Shown here: piece by piece, positions 42,542-52,281 of the stretch
How positions within the stretch are numbered: the stretch's first letter is position 1
How the letters are laid out: the number at the start of each line of letters is the position of its first letter
Assembly: GCA_001443385.1 (NCBI GenBank)
Contig: LDXP01000003.1
Span: 33,755-97,754 of the forward strand
Direction of reading: 5' to 3'
DNA from: Candidatus Rokubacteria bacterium CSP1-6
GTDB taxonomy: Bacteria; Methylomirabilota; Methylomirabilia; Rokubacteriales; CSP1-6
DNA: 64,000 nucleotides
Program-made: the position numbers and the translations under genes
The notes under the pieces: model-generated
The model's database searches: none
What the model saw: only the letters and a program-made list of their open reading frames with translations
Told to the model about the DNA's origin: nothing

Positions 42542-43777
42542 GTGAGTCACGCGCGCGCCGCGCGCGGGCCGGGGAGCGTGGCGATCGCCGCGCTCACCAT
42601 GGCGGTTCAGAACGGGATCGTCATGGCCTTCGCGGTGCTCTACCTGCCGCTCATCCAGGACTTCCGAGCCTCCCGCGCCGAGGTTGCGACCGTCCAATCC
42701 GCGGTGCTGCTCCTCGGAGGGTTCGGCGGGCCGGCGATCGGCTACGCCCTCGACCGGTTGGGGCCGCGCCGCTTGTTCCAGGGCGGGGCGCTGCTCGCGG
42801 CCCTGGGGCTCCTCCTGGCGAGCCGGGCCGGCAGCCTGCCGGGCCTGCTGCTGACCTACGGGATCCTCACCGGCCTCGGCCTCTCGGCGCTCGGGAGCCA
42901 GCCCAACATGGTCGTGGCGGCGCTCTGGTATCCGGGGGCGCGCGGCCGGGCGATCGCCGCGGCGGACCTGGGCACCGGCTTCGGCGCCTTCCTCTTCATC
43001 CCGCTCGCCCAGGCCGTCGTGGCGCGCTATGGGTGGCGGACGACGCTCGCCCTCTGGGCGGGTCTCCTTGTGGCCATCCTGATCCCCGCCAACGCCTTCC
43101 AGCGTGTTCCCCCCTCCGTGCCGGAACGTAAGACGGCGCCGGCGCCGGGCGGGCGAGAGGCCGGGCGCCTGTTGCTTGACCACCATTGGACCCTCACGCG
43201 CGCCGCGCGGACATCCGGCTTCTGGTGGCTCGTCGCCGTTCGCTTTTTCTCTGCGATGGCCTTCCCGCTCATGAACGTCCACATGCTGGCCTTTGCCGTG
43301 GGCGCGGGGGTTTCTCCCGCCGCCGCGGCCACCGCCCTCGGCACCGTGAGCCTGGTGAGCCTGGCCGGGCGGCTGCTGACCGGGTGGCTCGCCGACCGGC
43401 TCGGGCGCGCGCCGACGCTCACGCTCACGTACACCAGCGCCGCCGTGGGGATCGGGAACCTGGGGCTCCTGGTGTGGACCGGCTGGCCTGGCTGGCTCGT
43501 CGGGTACGTCCTCTTCTACGGCCTGGCGCAGGGGTCGAGCGGGATCGTCACGGCGGCGCGGACGGCGGATATTTTCGCGGGGGCGAGCTTCGGCACGATC
43601 TACGGCTGGATCGTGCTGGCCACCGGGCCCGGCGAGGCGATCGGGGCCTGGGCCGGGGGAGCGATTTTCGACCTGACGGGGAGCTACCTCTGGGCCTTCG
43701 GCTTCGTGGTAGTGGCGCTCCTGGCGGGAACCGCCGCGATCTGGCAGGTGCGTCAGCCGGCGCGGAGGTCCACGTAG
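42542..43777 (+). CDS. MFS transporter
   Basis: 12-TM MFS pattern; start GTG 42542 or ATG 42599. Confidence 0.7.
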   Translation: MSHARAARGPGSVAIAALTMAVQNGIVMAFAVLYLPLIQDFRASRAEVATVQSAVLLLGGFGGPAIGYALDRLGPRRLFQGGALLAALGLLLASRAGSLPGLLLTYGILTGLGLSALGSQPNMVVAALWYPGARGRAIAAADLGTGFGAFLFIPLAQAVVARYGWRTTLALWAGLLVAILIPANAFQRVPPSVPERKTAPAPGGREAGRLLLDHHWTLTRAARTSGFWWLVAVRFFSAMAFPLMNVHMLAFAVGAGVSPAAAATALGTVSLVSLAGRLLTGWLADRLGRAPTLTLTYTSAAVGIGNLGLLVWTGWPGWLVGYVLFYGLAQGSSGIVTAARTADIFAGASFGTIYGWIVLATGPGEAIGAWAGGAIFDLTGSYLWAFGFVVVALLAGTAAIWQVRQPARRST

Positions 43778-44157
43778 AGCTCGATCTCGTGGCCGTCGGG
43801 GTCGTGGATCGAGAACGACGCGCTCTCGCTCGCGTTCATTTCGCCGAAGGGCCCGAGCCCGTGGGCCTCCACCCAGCGGCGGGCCGCGTCGAGCGCCTCG
43901 CGCGTGGTGCCGACCTGGAAGGCGATGTGGTAGAGTCCCGCCGCGCCCCGCGGCCGTTCCGGCCCGTCGACCCTCGCGGCCTCGATCGAGAGGTCGTGGT
44001 GATGCGGGCCGGCCGAGAAGAACGCGATCCTGCCGTTCTTCCCTCTTCCCACGTCCTTCAACCCGAGGACATCCCGGTAAAAGCGAATGGACGCTTCCAG
44101 GTCCTTGACGAAGAGCGAGACGTGGCCGAGTGCCTCGACCTTCAGCGGGACGCCCAT
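43753..44157 (-). CDS. Glyoxalase/VOC family protein
   Basis: Only the C-terminal 134 codons of track ORF 43753..45501 are real (MGVPLKVEALGHVSLFVKDLEASIRFYRDVLG...). The rest is antisense to the MFS genes. Confidence 0.7.
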   Translation of the reverse strand: MGVPLKVEALGHVSLFVKDLEASIRFYRDVLGLKDVGRGKNGRIAFFSAGPHHHDLSIEAARVDGPERPRGAAGLYHIAFQVGTTREALDAARRWVEAHGLGPFGEMNASESASFSIHDPDGHEIELYVDLRAG

Positions 44158-44184
44158 GGCGGAGTTAGTGTAGCATAGAGGCTC

Positions 44185-45399
44185 ATGACCCCGGACCGGA
44201 CCGCCGCCGCCGTCCCTATGCCACCTCCCGTCGCCGCCGCGGCGGAGCGCGTCAAGCCCGATATGCGGCTGCTGGGCCTCCTGGCCCTGGGGCACTTCGT
44301 CGTCGACACCAACCAGGGGTCGCTCCCCGCGCTGCTGCCGTTTCTCCGGACGGCGCTCGATCTCTCCTACGCGGCCACGGGCGCCATCGTCCTCATGGCC
44401 AACGTGACGTCGTCCCTCACCCAGCCCCTCTTCGGCTACCTCGCCGACCAGACCACCCGGCGCTGGCTGTTGCCGCTCTCCGTCTTCCTCTCGTCGCTCG
44501 GGTTCGCGCTGACCGGCCTCGCCCCGTCCTACGGGGTCGTGCTGCTCCTCGTGCTCGTGTCGGGCTTCGGGATCGCCGCGTACCACCCTGAGGGGTATCG
44601 CACCGCGACTCGAGTCGCCGGTGACCGGAAGGCGACGGGATTGTCGATCTTCTCCACGGGGGGCAATATCGGGATTTCCATCGGTCCCCCGTTCATTACG
44701 GCGCTCGTCACAGGGCTCGGGCTCTGGGGGAGCCTCGGGCTCCTCCTTCCCGGTGTCCTGGTGGCGGCGCTGCTGACCGGCGTCCTCCCCCGGCTCTCGG
44801 TGCCGTCGGCGTCTCGCACCGAGTCGGCCGTGGCGCCCGCCGGCCGGACCATGGTCGCCGCGATGACGCTCCTCATCCTGGTCGTCACTGTTCGGTCCTG
44901 GACCCAGCTCGGCCTGACGACGTTCGTCCCGTTCTACTATTTGGACGTGCTCGGGGGCGACCCGCGGATGATCGGGACGCTGCTCTTCGTTTTCCTGGGC
45001 GCCGGGGCCCTGGGCACCCTCGTCGCCGGTCCCATCGCCGACCGCGTGGGCATGCGCCGCTACGTCGTCAGCGTCTTCCTCCTCGCGACGCCCATCGCCA
45101 TCGGCTTCCTCCTGGTCCGGGGGGTGCTGAGCTTCATCCTCCTCGGGGCGCTGGGGTTCGTGCTGGTGTCCACCTTCACGGTGTCGGTCGTGCTGGGGCA
45201 GGCCTACATGCCGCGCAACCCCGGCATGGCGTCGGGGCTCATCGTGGGCTTCGCCATCGGCGCGGGCGGCATCGGGGCCGTGGCTCTCGGCTGGGTGGCG
45301 GACCACCTGGGGCTGATGAGCGCGCTCTGGATTTCGGCGCTGATGCCGCTGGCCGGGTTCGTCGTGGCGCTGTTTCTCCCCGAGCCCCGCCGCGCGTGA
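44185..45399 (+). CDS. MFS transporter
   Basis: 404-aa ORF with 12 predicted TM helices. Confidence 0.8.
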   Translation: MTPDRTAAAVPMPPPVAAAAERVKPDMRLLGLLALGHFVVDTNQGSLPALLPFLRTALDLSYAATGAIVLMANVTSSLTQPLFGYLADQTTRRWLLPLSVFLSSLGFALTGLAPSYGVVLLLVLVSGFGIAAYHPEGYRTATRVAGDRKATGLSIFSTGGNIGISIGPPFITALVTGLGLWGSLGLLLPGVLVAALLTGVLPRLSVPSASRTESAVAPAGRTMVAAMTLLILVVTVRSWTQLGLTTFVPFYYLDVLGGDPRMIGTLLFVFLGAGALGTLVAGPIADRVGMRRYVVSVFLLATPIAIGFLLVRGVLSFILLGALGFVLVSTFTVSVVLGQAYMPRNPGMASGLIVGFAIGAGGIGAVALGWVADHLGLMSALWISALMPLAGFVVALFLPEPRRA

Positions 45400-45454
45400 T
45401 CGGCGACTTTCCTCCACGGGGCGCCATGTGCTATAACTTGCGTCGGATCGCGCG

Positions 45455-46252
45455 ATGAGCGTCCTCGAAGCCTTCCAGGACGGCGAGCAGGTTCTCCTCA
45501 TCGACCAGCGGGGGAAGCGTCACCTCCTCACCCTGAGAAAAGGCGAGACCTTCCACTCGGACCGCGGCTGGATCCCCCACGACGCCATCATCGGCCACCC
45601 GGACGGGAGCTGGGTGCGGTCGTCCCTCGGCCTGCGGCACCTGGCCCTCCGTCCCACGCTGGCCGAGTACGTCCTCGAGATGCCTCGCGGCGCCCAGGTG
45701 ATCTACCCGAAGGACCTGGCGATGATCCTGTTCTGGGCCGACGTCTATCCGGGGTGTCGCGTGCTGGAGGCTGGCACAGGGTCGGGCGCCCTGACGCTGG
45801 CGCTGCTTCGGGTGGTGGGGCCCGAGGGCAAGGTCATCACCTACGAGCAGCGCGAGGAGTTCGCCCGCCGGGCGCTGGCCAACATTCACGCGCGGATGGG
45901 GGAGGTCACGAACCTGGCGGTGAGGTTTGGGCCCGTGGAGGAGGGGCTGGCGGACGAGGAGCCGGTGGACCGGGTGATCCTGGATCTGCCGGAGCCCTGG
46001 CGGCTCGTCGAGCCTGTCCTCAAGCCCCTCCGCCCCGGAGGTATCTTCCTCTGCTACGTGCCGACCATCATCCAGTCCCAGCAGGTCGCCGAGGCCCTCC
46101 AGCGGCATCCGGCCTACGGGCTCGTCGAGACCTTCGAGACGCTGGTCCGCCCGTGGAACATCGAGGGGCCGTCGGTCCGCCCGTTCCACCGGATGGTGGC
46201 GCATACCGGGTTCATCACCCTGGCCCGGCGCGTCGTGCCCGAGGATGCTTGA
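45455..46252 (+). CDS. trmI: tRNA (adenine-N1)-methyltransferase TrmI/Gcd14 family
   Basis: SAM-MTase motif VLEAGTGSGALTLAL with a TrmI-like N-terminal beta-barrel domain. Confidence 0.75.
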   Translation: MSVLEAFQDGEQVLLIDQRGKRHLLTLRKGETFHSDRGWIPHDAIIGHPDGSWVRSSLGLRHLALRPTLAEYVLEMPRGAQVIYPKDLAMILFWADVYPGCRVLEAGTGSGALTLALLRVVGPEGKVITYEQREEFARRALANIHARMGEVTNLAVRFGPVEEGLADEEPVDRVILDLPEPWRLVEPVLKPLRPGGIFLCYVPTIIQSQQVAEALQRHPAYGLVETFETLVRPWNIEGPSVRPFHRMVAHTGFITLARRVVPEDA

Positions 46253-46544
46253 CCGCTTCTTCGGCCTGAGCGAGCGCCGCACCACGGTCGGGGCCGAGCT
46301 GATGGGCGGCCTCACCACGTTCATGGTGATGGCCTACATCATCTTCGTCAACCCGGCCATCCTCTCCTTCGCGGGGATCAAGGGGCTCGAGGGGCAAGGC
46401 CCGCCGTTCGCCCCCACGCTGGCCGCCACGTGTCTCGTGGCCGGGCTCGCCACCATCGCCATGGACCCGATGATGTACGTCGCCACGCTGGCCTTCCTCG
46501 TGTACGTCGCCTTGCCGTGGCTCCGCCCCCTCTTCGGCTTCTAG
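46245..46544 (+). pseudogene. Truncated remnant of an NCS2 (AzgA/PbuG-type) purine permease
   Basis: First ~75 residues (MLDRFFGLSERRTTVGAELMGGLTTFMVMAYIIFVNPAILS...) match the permease N-terminus, then it diverges and stops at 99 aa (full length ~440). Confidence 0.55.
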
Positions 46545-46589
46545 CCTCTCGGCGCATGTGGTAGGCTTGAAGGGTTCCGAGAACCCCCG

Positions 46590-48484
46590 ATGATCCAGGC
46601 ACTGAGACGGAACCTGAAAGTTCTCTCGATCACCCTGTGGGTGGTGATCGCCGCCTTCATCGGCACCTCCTTCTTCGTCTGGGGAAAGGGGAGCATCACG
46701 GGCGGCGACTCCAACGCCGTGGCCACGGTCAACGGTGAGGAGATTCCCATCGAGCGTTACCAGCGCCTCTACCGCTCCTACCTCGAGTTCTACCGCCAGG
46801 TCTTCAAAGACCGCTTCACCACCGAGACCGCCGAGCGCCTCGGGATCTCCCAGCAGGTCGTGGACTTCCTGGTGGACGAGGTGCTGGTCCTTCAGCGCGC
46901 CCAGGCGGAGGGGATCCAGGTGGGCGACGAAGAGCTGCGGGCCAAGATCCAGGCCATCCGCGCCTTCCAGGAGGACGGCAAGTTCTCGCGGGATCGCTAC
47001 GCGGCCCTCCTGAACCGCGCCAAGATCGACCCGGCCACCTTCGAGGCCGATCAGCGGCGGGAGATCGTTCGGAAGAAGATGGAGGCCACCGTCAAGGGGG
47101 GGGTAAAGGTTTCCGACGCGGAGATACGCCAGGCGTACGAGGGCGGGAGAAGGTCCGGGCCGCCTGGGCCCAGGTTGAGATTTCCCCCCTCATGACGGAC
47201 GTCAAGGTGACCGACGCGGAGCTGGAGGACTTCCTGAAGAAGAACGCGCTCCGGTTCCAGGAGCCCGAACGGCGGCGGCTCCAGTACGTGCTCCTGAGCC
47301 CGAAGACTTTCATCAAGCCGGCGACAGACGCGGAAGTGGAGCGGTATTACAAGGAACACGTCGCCGAGTTCGAGAAGCCGCGGCGCGTGAAGGTGGCTCA
47401 CATCCTCGTCCGCGTGCCTCCGGTCGGGGGGAGCGAAGCCGAGGAAAAGGCCAAGGCCAAGGTGCTGGAGGTCCTCAAGCGGGTGCGGGCGGGGGAGGAT
47501 TTCGCCAAGCTCGCGAAGGACGTCTCCGAAGATCCGGCGTCGGCCGGTTCGGGGGGCGACCTCGGCTACGTTGCGCGGGGCGAACTGGTGCCGGCGTTCG
47601 AACAGGCGGCCTTCGCCCTGAAGAGGGGCGAGGTCTCCCAAGAGCCCGTGCGCACGCCGTTCGGCTATCACGCCATCAAGGTCACCGATATCCAGGAGGG
47701 CGGGCGGCGCCCGCTGAAGGAGGTCGCCGCGGAGATCAAGGGAAAGCTCCAGGGCGAGCAGGGCGAGCGCGCGGCCCTGGCCAAGGCGGAGGAGGTCAAG
47801 GGCCCCCTCCAGGGCGCCAAGGATTTCCCCGCCGAGGCGAGGCAGCGCGGCCTCGAGCCGAAGACGGCGCTCCTGGCGCGCGGCGACTCCCTCGAGGGAA
47901 TCGGCCGGGCCGAGGCCGTGGAAGAGGCCGTGTTCGCGGCGGCGCCGGGCGGCGTGCTGGGCCCCCTCAAGACCCCGGGCGGGTACGCGGTCGTCAAGGT
48001 GGTCGAGCAGCAACCCGCTGCCGTCCCGCCGTTCGCCGAGATCAAGTGGAAGGTGGCGGACGCAGTCAAGCGGCAGAAGGCTGAGGCCCTCGCGCTCAGC
48101 AGGGCTCAGGCGCTCGCCACGGCGGCGGAGAAGGGGGAAGACCTCCTGGCCGCGGCGAAGAAGCAGGGGCTCCCCTCAGGCGACACCGGGTTCCTCTCGC
48201 GCGCGGAGCCGGCCGCCGACCGGCGGGTGCCGGGCGAGGTCATGCGCGCGGCCCTCCAGCTGGCGGTGGGCAAGGTGGCCGAGCCCGTCACCCTCCCCCA
48301 GGGGATCTACGTGGTGAAGGCGCTGGAGCGCCGGGCTCCGGACCCGAGCGGGCTCGAGAAGGAGCGCGAGGAGCTTCGCCAGCAGGTGCTGGAGCAGAAG
48401 CGCACCCAGGCGTGGGAGCAGTGGGTCAAGGGCCTGAGGGCGGGCGCCAAGATCCAGGTCTCGTCTCGGCTCGCGTCGCCGTGA
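46590..48484 (+). CDS. ppiD: Periplasmic chaperone/peptidyl-prolyl isomerase PpiD, disrupted by an apparent -1 frameshift near 47140-47150
   Basis: N-terminal TM anchor and PpiD N-domain in frame 46590 up to ...AEIRQAYEG, continuing as REKVRAAWAQVEISPLMTDVKV... and a parvulin domain (GGDLGYVARGELVPAFE) in the -1 frame (47192..48484). Confidence 0.75.
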
Positions 48485-48885
48485 GACTGAAAAAGGCGGA
48501 AGCCCGGTTCATTGAGTGGGAGCGGGTATGCCGCGTGGCGACCGCGGGAGCGGGCGGGTGGCCCCACGGCGTTCCCGTCTGCCACGTCCTCTGGAACGGG
48601 AAGATTTACTTCGGCTCGGGGAACGACGCCAAGAAAGTGCTGAACCTCAGGGCCAATCCTCGGGTCGCGGTCACCGTGGACCTCTACTCTGACGCCTGGG
48701 AGAGTCTCAAGGGCGTGATGGTGCAGGGGTCCGCGAAGCTGATCGAAAAGGGGCCGCGGTTCCGGAAGATCCGCCAGCTCCTCTACACGAAGTACCCGCA
48801 GTATCCGCGCGAAGCTGCCCTCGACGAAAAGGATTCGCTGATCGCCGAGGTCACCCCCACCCGCATTTTTTCCTGGGGATTTTAG
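48481..48885 (+). CDS. Pyridoxamine 5'-phosphate oxidase family protein
   Basis: PNPOx split-barrel sequence (VATAGAGGWPHGVPVCHVLWNGKIYFGSGNDAKKVLNLRANPRVAVTVD); GTG overlaps the ppiD stop. Confidence 0.65.
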   Translation: MRLKKAEARFIEWERVCRVATAGAGGWPHGVPVCHVLWNGKIYFGSGNDAKKVLNLRANPRVAVTVDLYSDAWESLKGVMVQGSAKLIEKGPRFRKIRQLLYTKYPQYPREAALDEKDSLIAEVTPTRIFSWGF

Positions 48886-48951
48886 CCTCGGAGGGGGGCT
48901 CCGCCCCCCTTCCGATTCCTCCCCCCGAGATTGCGACGGCAAAGCCGTCGC
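48886..48951 (+). repeat. Intergenic G/C-rich hairpin repeat, copy 2
   Basis: CCTCGGAGGGGGGCTCCGCCCCCCTTCCGATTCCTCCCCCCGAG...GCGACGGCAAAGCCGTCGC; lies between convergent genes. Confidence 0.8.
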
Positions 48952-48967
48952 TCGAACAAGCGCCAGA

Positions 48968-51900
48968 CTAAGCCATCGGGCGGCGGCCGTTGGCCGTGCG
49001 GCCGTTGACCCACTGCCAGCGCGCGACGAGCGCGGCCTTCCAGCGGGGGAAGCGGATCCGGGAGAAGACGCGGAGCCCGCGCAGGTCGTCGAACATCGAG
49101 TAGATCACCGGAGTCACCAGCAGCGTGACGAGCAGGCAGAGGGCCTGGCCGCCGACCACGACGGTGGCCAGCGAGGCGCGCGAGGCCGCGCCGTCCCCCC
49201 GCCCCAGGGCCACCGGCAGCATCCCCGCGATGATCGCGAGCGTCGTCATCAGGATCGGGCGCAGCCGCGCCCGGTCCGCCTGCATCTGCGCCTCGAAGCG
49301 CTCCAGGCCCCGCTCCCGGAGGACGTTGGTGTAGTCCACCTGGAGGATCGCGTTCTTCTTGACCACCCCCATCAGGAGGAACACCCCCATGATCGAGTAG
49401 ATGTTGAGGCTCGCGTTGCGGACGCCGAGCTGGTAGAGGACCGTGAGCGTCAGGAGGCCGAAGGGGATCGAGAGGAACATGGAGACCATGATCGTGATCG
49501 GGTGGATGAAGGACTCGAACTGGGCCGCGAGGACGATGTAGATGAAGGCGAGCGACAGCACGAAGGCAATGAGGAAGTTCTGCATCGCCTCGGCCAGGAG
49601 CTTGCCCCGCCCGAGCGTGACGATGCCGTACTCGGAAGGCATCTTGAGCTCCTGCACGACCGCATACGCCTCGGCGAGGGCGGTCCCCAGGGGCTTCTGG
49701 TAGAGGTTCGAGATGATCGTGATAGAGCGCTCCTGGGCGTAGTGCTCGATCTGGCCCGGGCTCATCCCGGGGGCCAGCGTGGTCACGTTGGAGAGCTTGA
49801 CAAGCTGGCCGCCGGCACCCGGAGCGGCAAGGTCCGCGATGACGGACGCGTCCTTCCTGAAGGGCTCCTGGAGCCGGATGCGGACGTCGTACTGCTCGCC
49901 CGCCTCGCGGTAGAAGCCCGCCTTCTCGCCGCCCACCAGGGTCCGGAGCGCCGAGGCGATGCCGTCCACCCTGACGCCGAGGTCTGAAGCCCTTTGCCGA
50001 TCGATCAGGACCTGCAGCTCCGGCTGGCGCTGGGTCTGCGCCGTGTCCAGGTCCACGAAGCCGGGCTTGCTTCCCAGCGTCCGGATGACCGCCCGGGCGT
50101 GGCCGTCCAGCTGCTGGAGGTCCGGCCCGCGGAGGATCAGGTTGAACGGGGTCTGGCGGAAGCCGCCGCCGCCGATCAGGTTGATCTGCTGGGCGCTGAT
50201 CCTGAGCCCGGGGAAGACAGCGAGCCGTCTCCGGGCGTCCTGCTTGATCTCGTCCTGGGTGCGCTTGCGCTCGCTGAGGTGCGTCAAGCCGACGTAGAGC
50301 GAGATGTCCGTGACGTTCGACTGATACTGGCCCCGGACCCCGATGGTCGTGAAGAGGGTGCGCACCTCGGGGATCTTCCGCAGTTCACCCTCCAGCGCCC
50401 GGGCGATCTCGGTCGTGCGCTCGAGTGACGACCCGGGCGGGGCCTCGGCCACCACCTCGAACTCGCTCATATCGTCGTCCACCACGAACTCGACCGGAGA
50501 CTTGGCAAGGAGATAGAACCCGCCGACGAGGATGAGCAGCGCGCCTCCGATCACGGGCAGCCGGTGGCCCAGGCACCAGGCGAGGGCGGCTTCGTACCAC
50601 TGCTCCATCGCCCGGTAGAAGGCGGTTTCCTTTGAGGTTCGGGCGGTATCCTCCGCCTTGCGGGCCGAGAGGATCCGGGCCGCCAGCATCGGGGTCAGGG
50701 TGAACGCGACGACCAGCGAGACGATGATGGCGAAGGTCGTGGTGAGGCCGAAGGAGTTCCAGAACTTCCCCACGAGCCCGCCCATGAACGCCACGGGGAG
50801 GAAGATCACGACGAGAGAGAGCGTGGTGGCCGTGACGGCCAGCGCGATCTCGCGGGTGCCGGCGATCGCTGCGTCGAAGGGGGAGCGCCCTTCCTCCTCG
50901 GTGTGGCGGAAGATGTTCTCCAGCACGATGATGGCGTCGTCGATCACGATGCCCGTGGAGAGCGCCAGCCCGAGCATCGTCAGGTTGTTGAGCGTGAAGC
51001 CCGCGATGCGCATGGCCGTGAAGGTGGCGATGATCGAGCAGGGGATCGCCAGGGCGGCCACGAAGGCCGGCCGGAGCTTCCTGACGGCCACGAAGAAGAT
51101 CATCGTCGCGAGGATCGCCAGGCCGGTGACCTGGAGGAGCAACTGAGGGTTGCCCTGGAGGAAGGCGGCGCCCACCGCCGCGACGATGACCCCGATCGCC
51201 GCGGTTTCCCACCAGAGGAGGTTGCCGATGAAGACCGCGACGATGAGGCTGGCCAGGAGGCCGCCCAGGAGGAGGTGGTCCTGGACCTCGTGGAAGGAGC
51301 GCTTGATGAAGCGGGAGAGATCGCGAACGACCTCGAACCGGATGTCGGGCGGCAGCCCCTTCTGGACCTCCGCGAGTTTCTTCTTCACGGCGTCCACCAC
51401 CGCCACGGTGTTGGTGCCCGACTGCTTGCGGATGAGGAGACTGACCGCGTTCTGGCCGTTGAGCCGCGAGAGCGTCCGGGCCTCCTCTTCCCCGTCCACC
51501 AGGGTGCCGATGTCGCGGATGTGGACGGGCCCTCCCTTGAAGTCGGCGACGATCAGGTCGTTGAAGGCCGCCGGCGACTCGATCCGGCCGAGGGTGCGAA
51601 GGCCCTCTTCCCGCCCGCCCTCGGTCACCCGGCCCCCCGGGATCTCGACATTCTGGCGCAGGAGGGCGTCCTTGACCTGCTGGATGGAGAGGCCGAAGGC
51701 GGTCAGTTTGTGCGGGTCCACGAGGACCTGGATCTCGCGCTTGCGATCGCCCACCAGCGTGATGGCGCCCACGTCCTTCACGGTCTCGAGCTGGCGCTTG
51801 ATCCGCTTGTCGGCGATCTCGGTGATCTCGCGGGCCGAGCGCTGGCCCGAGACCACGAGCGCCATGACCGGGGCCGAATCCGGGTCGAACTTCTCGATGA

Positions 51901-52279
51901 CCGGCGGCTCCGTCCCGGCCGGGAAGCGCCCGACGACCGTCGCGACCTTCTCCCTGACGTCGTTTGCGGCTTCCTGGACACTTCGCTCCAAGACAAACGT
52001 GACGAAGACCTGCGATTGGCCCTCGATGGTGGTCGAGCGGAGCTCGTCGAGGCCGCTGATCGTGTTGACGACTTCCTCGATGGGCTTGGTGATCTGGCTC
52101 TCGATCTCCTCGGGGCTCGCCCCCGGCAGCCGGGTCGTGATCGTGATGGTGGGGAGATCGACCTTGGGGAAAATGTCCACGCCCAGCTGGATGAAGGAGG
52201 CCGCCCCCAGGACGACGAAGGCGGTGATCAGCATCGTGGTGAAGACCGGGCGGCGGACGAAGACTTCGAGAAAACTCAT
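48968..52279 (-). CDS. RND multidrug efflux transporter (AcrB/HAE1 family)
   Basis: 12-TM RND sequence of 1103 aa starting MSFLEVFVRRPVF (ATG 52279). The 1462-aa track ORF runs out-of-frame across the acrA-like gene. Confidence 0.9.
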   Translation of the reverse strand: MSFLEVFVRRPVFTTMLITAFVVLGAASFIQLGVDIFPKVDLPTITITTRLPGASPEEIESQITKPIEEVVNTISGLDELRSTTIEGQSQVFVTFVLERSVQEAANDVREKVATVVGRFPAGTEPPVIEKFDPDSAPVMALVVSGQRSAREITEIADKRIKRQLETVKDVGAITLVGDRKREIQVLVDPHKLTAFGLSIQQVKDALLRQNVEIPGGRVTEGGREEGLRTLGRIESPAAFNDLIVADFKGGPVHIRDIGTLVDGEEEARTLSRLNGQNAVSLLIRKQSGTNTVAVVDAVKKKLAEVQKGLPPDIRFEVVRDLSRFIKRSFHEVQDHLLLGGLLASLIVAVFIGNLLWWETAAIGVIVAAVGAAFLQGNPQLLLQVTGLAILATMIFFVAVRKLRPAFVAALAIPCSIIATFTAMRIAGFTLNNLTMLGLALSTGIVIDDAIIVLENIFRHTEEEGRSPFDAAIAGTREIALAVTATTLSLVVIFLPVAFMGGLVGKFWNSFGLTTTFAIIVSLVVAFTLTPMLAARILSARKAEDTARTSKETAFYRAMEQWYEAALAWCLGHRLPVIGGALLILVGGFYLLAKSPVEFVVDDDMSEFEVVAEAPPGSSLERTTEIARALEGELRKIPEVRTLFTTIGVRGQYQSNVTDISLYVGLTHLSERKRTQDEIKQDARRRLAVFPGLRISAQQINLIGGGGFRQTPFNLILRGPDLQQLDGHARAVIRTLGSKPGFVDLDTAQTQRQPELQVLIDRQRASDLGVRVDGIASALRTLVGGEKAGFYREAGEQYDVRIRLQEPFRKDASVIADLAAPGAGGQLVKLSNVTTLAPGMSPGQIEHYAQERSITIISNLYQKPLGTALAEAYAVVQELKMPSEYGIVTLGRGKLLAEAMQNFLIAFVLSLAFIYIVLAAQFESFIHPITIMVSMFLSIPFGLLTLTVLYQLGVRNASLNIYSIMGVFLLMGVVKKNAILQVDYTNVLRERGLERFEAQMQADRARLRPILMTTLAIIAGMLPVALGRGDGAASRASLATVVVGGQALCLLVTLLVTPVIYSMFDDLRGLRVFSRIRFPRWKAALVARWQWVNGRTANGRRPMA

Positions 52280-52281
52280 AC

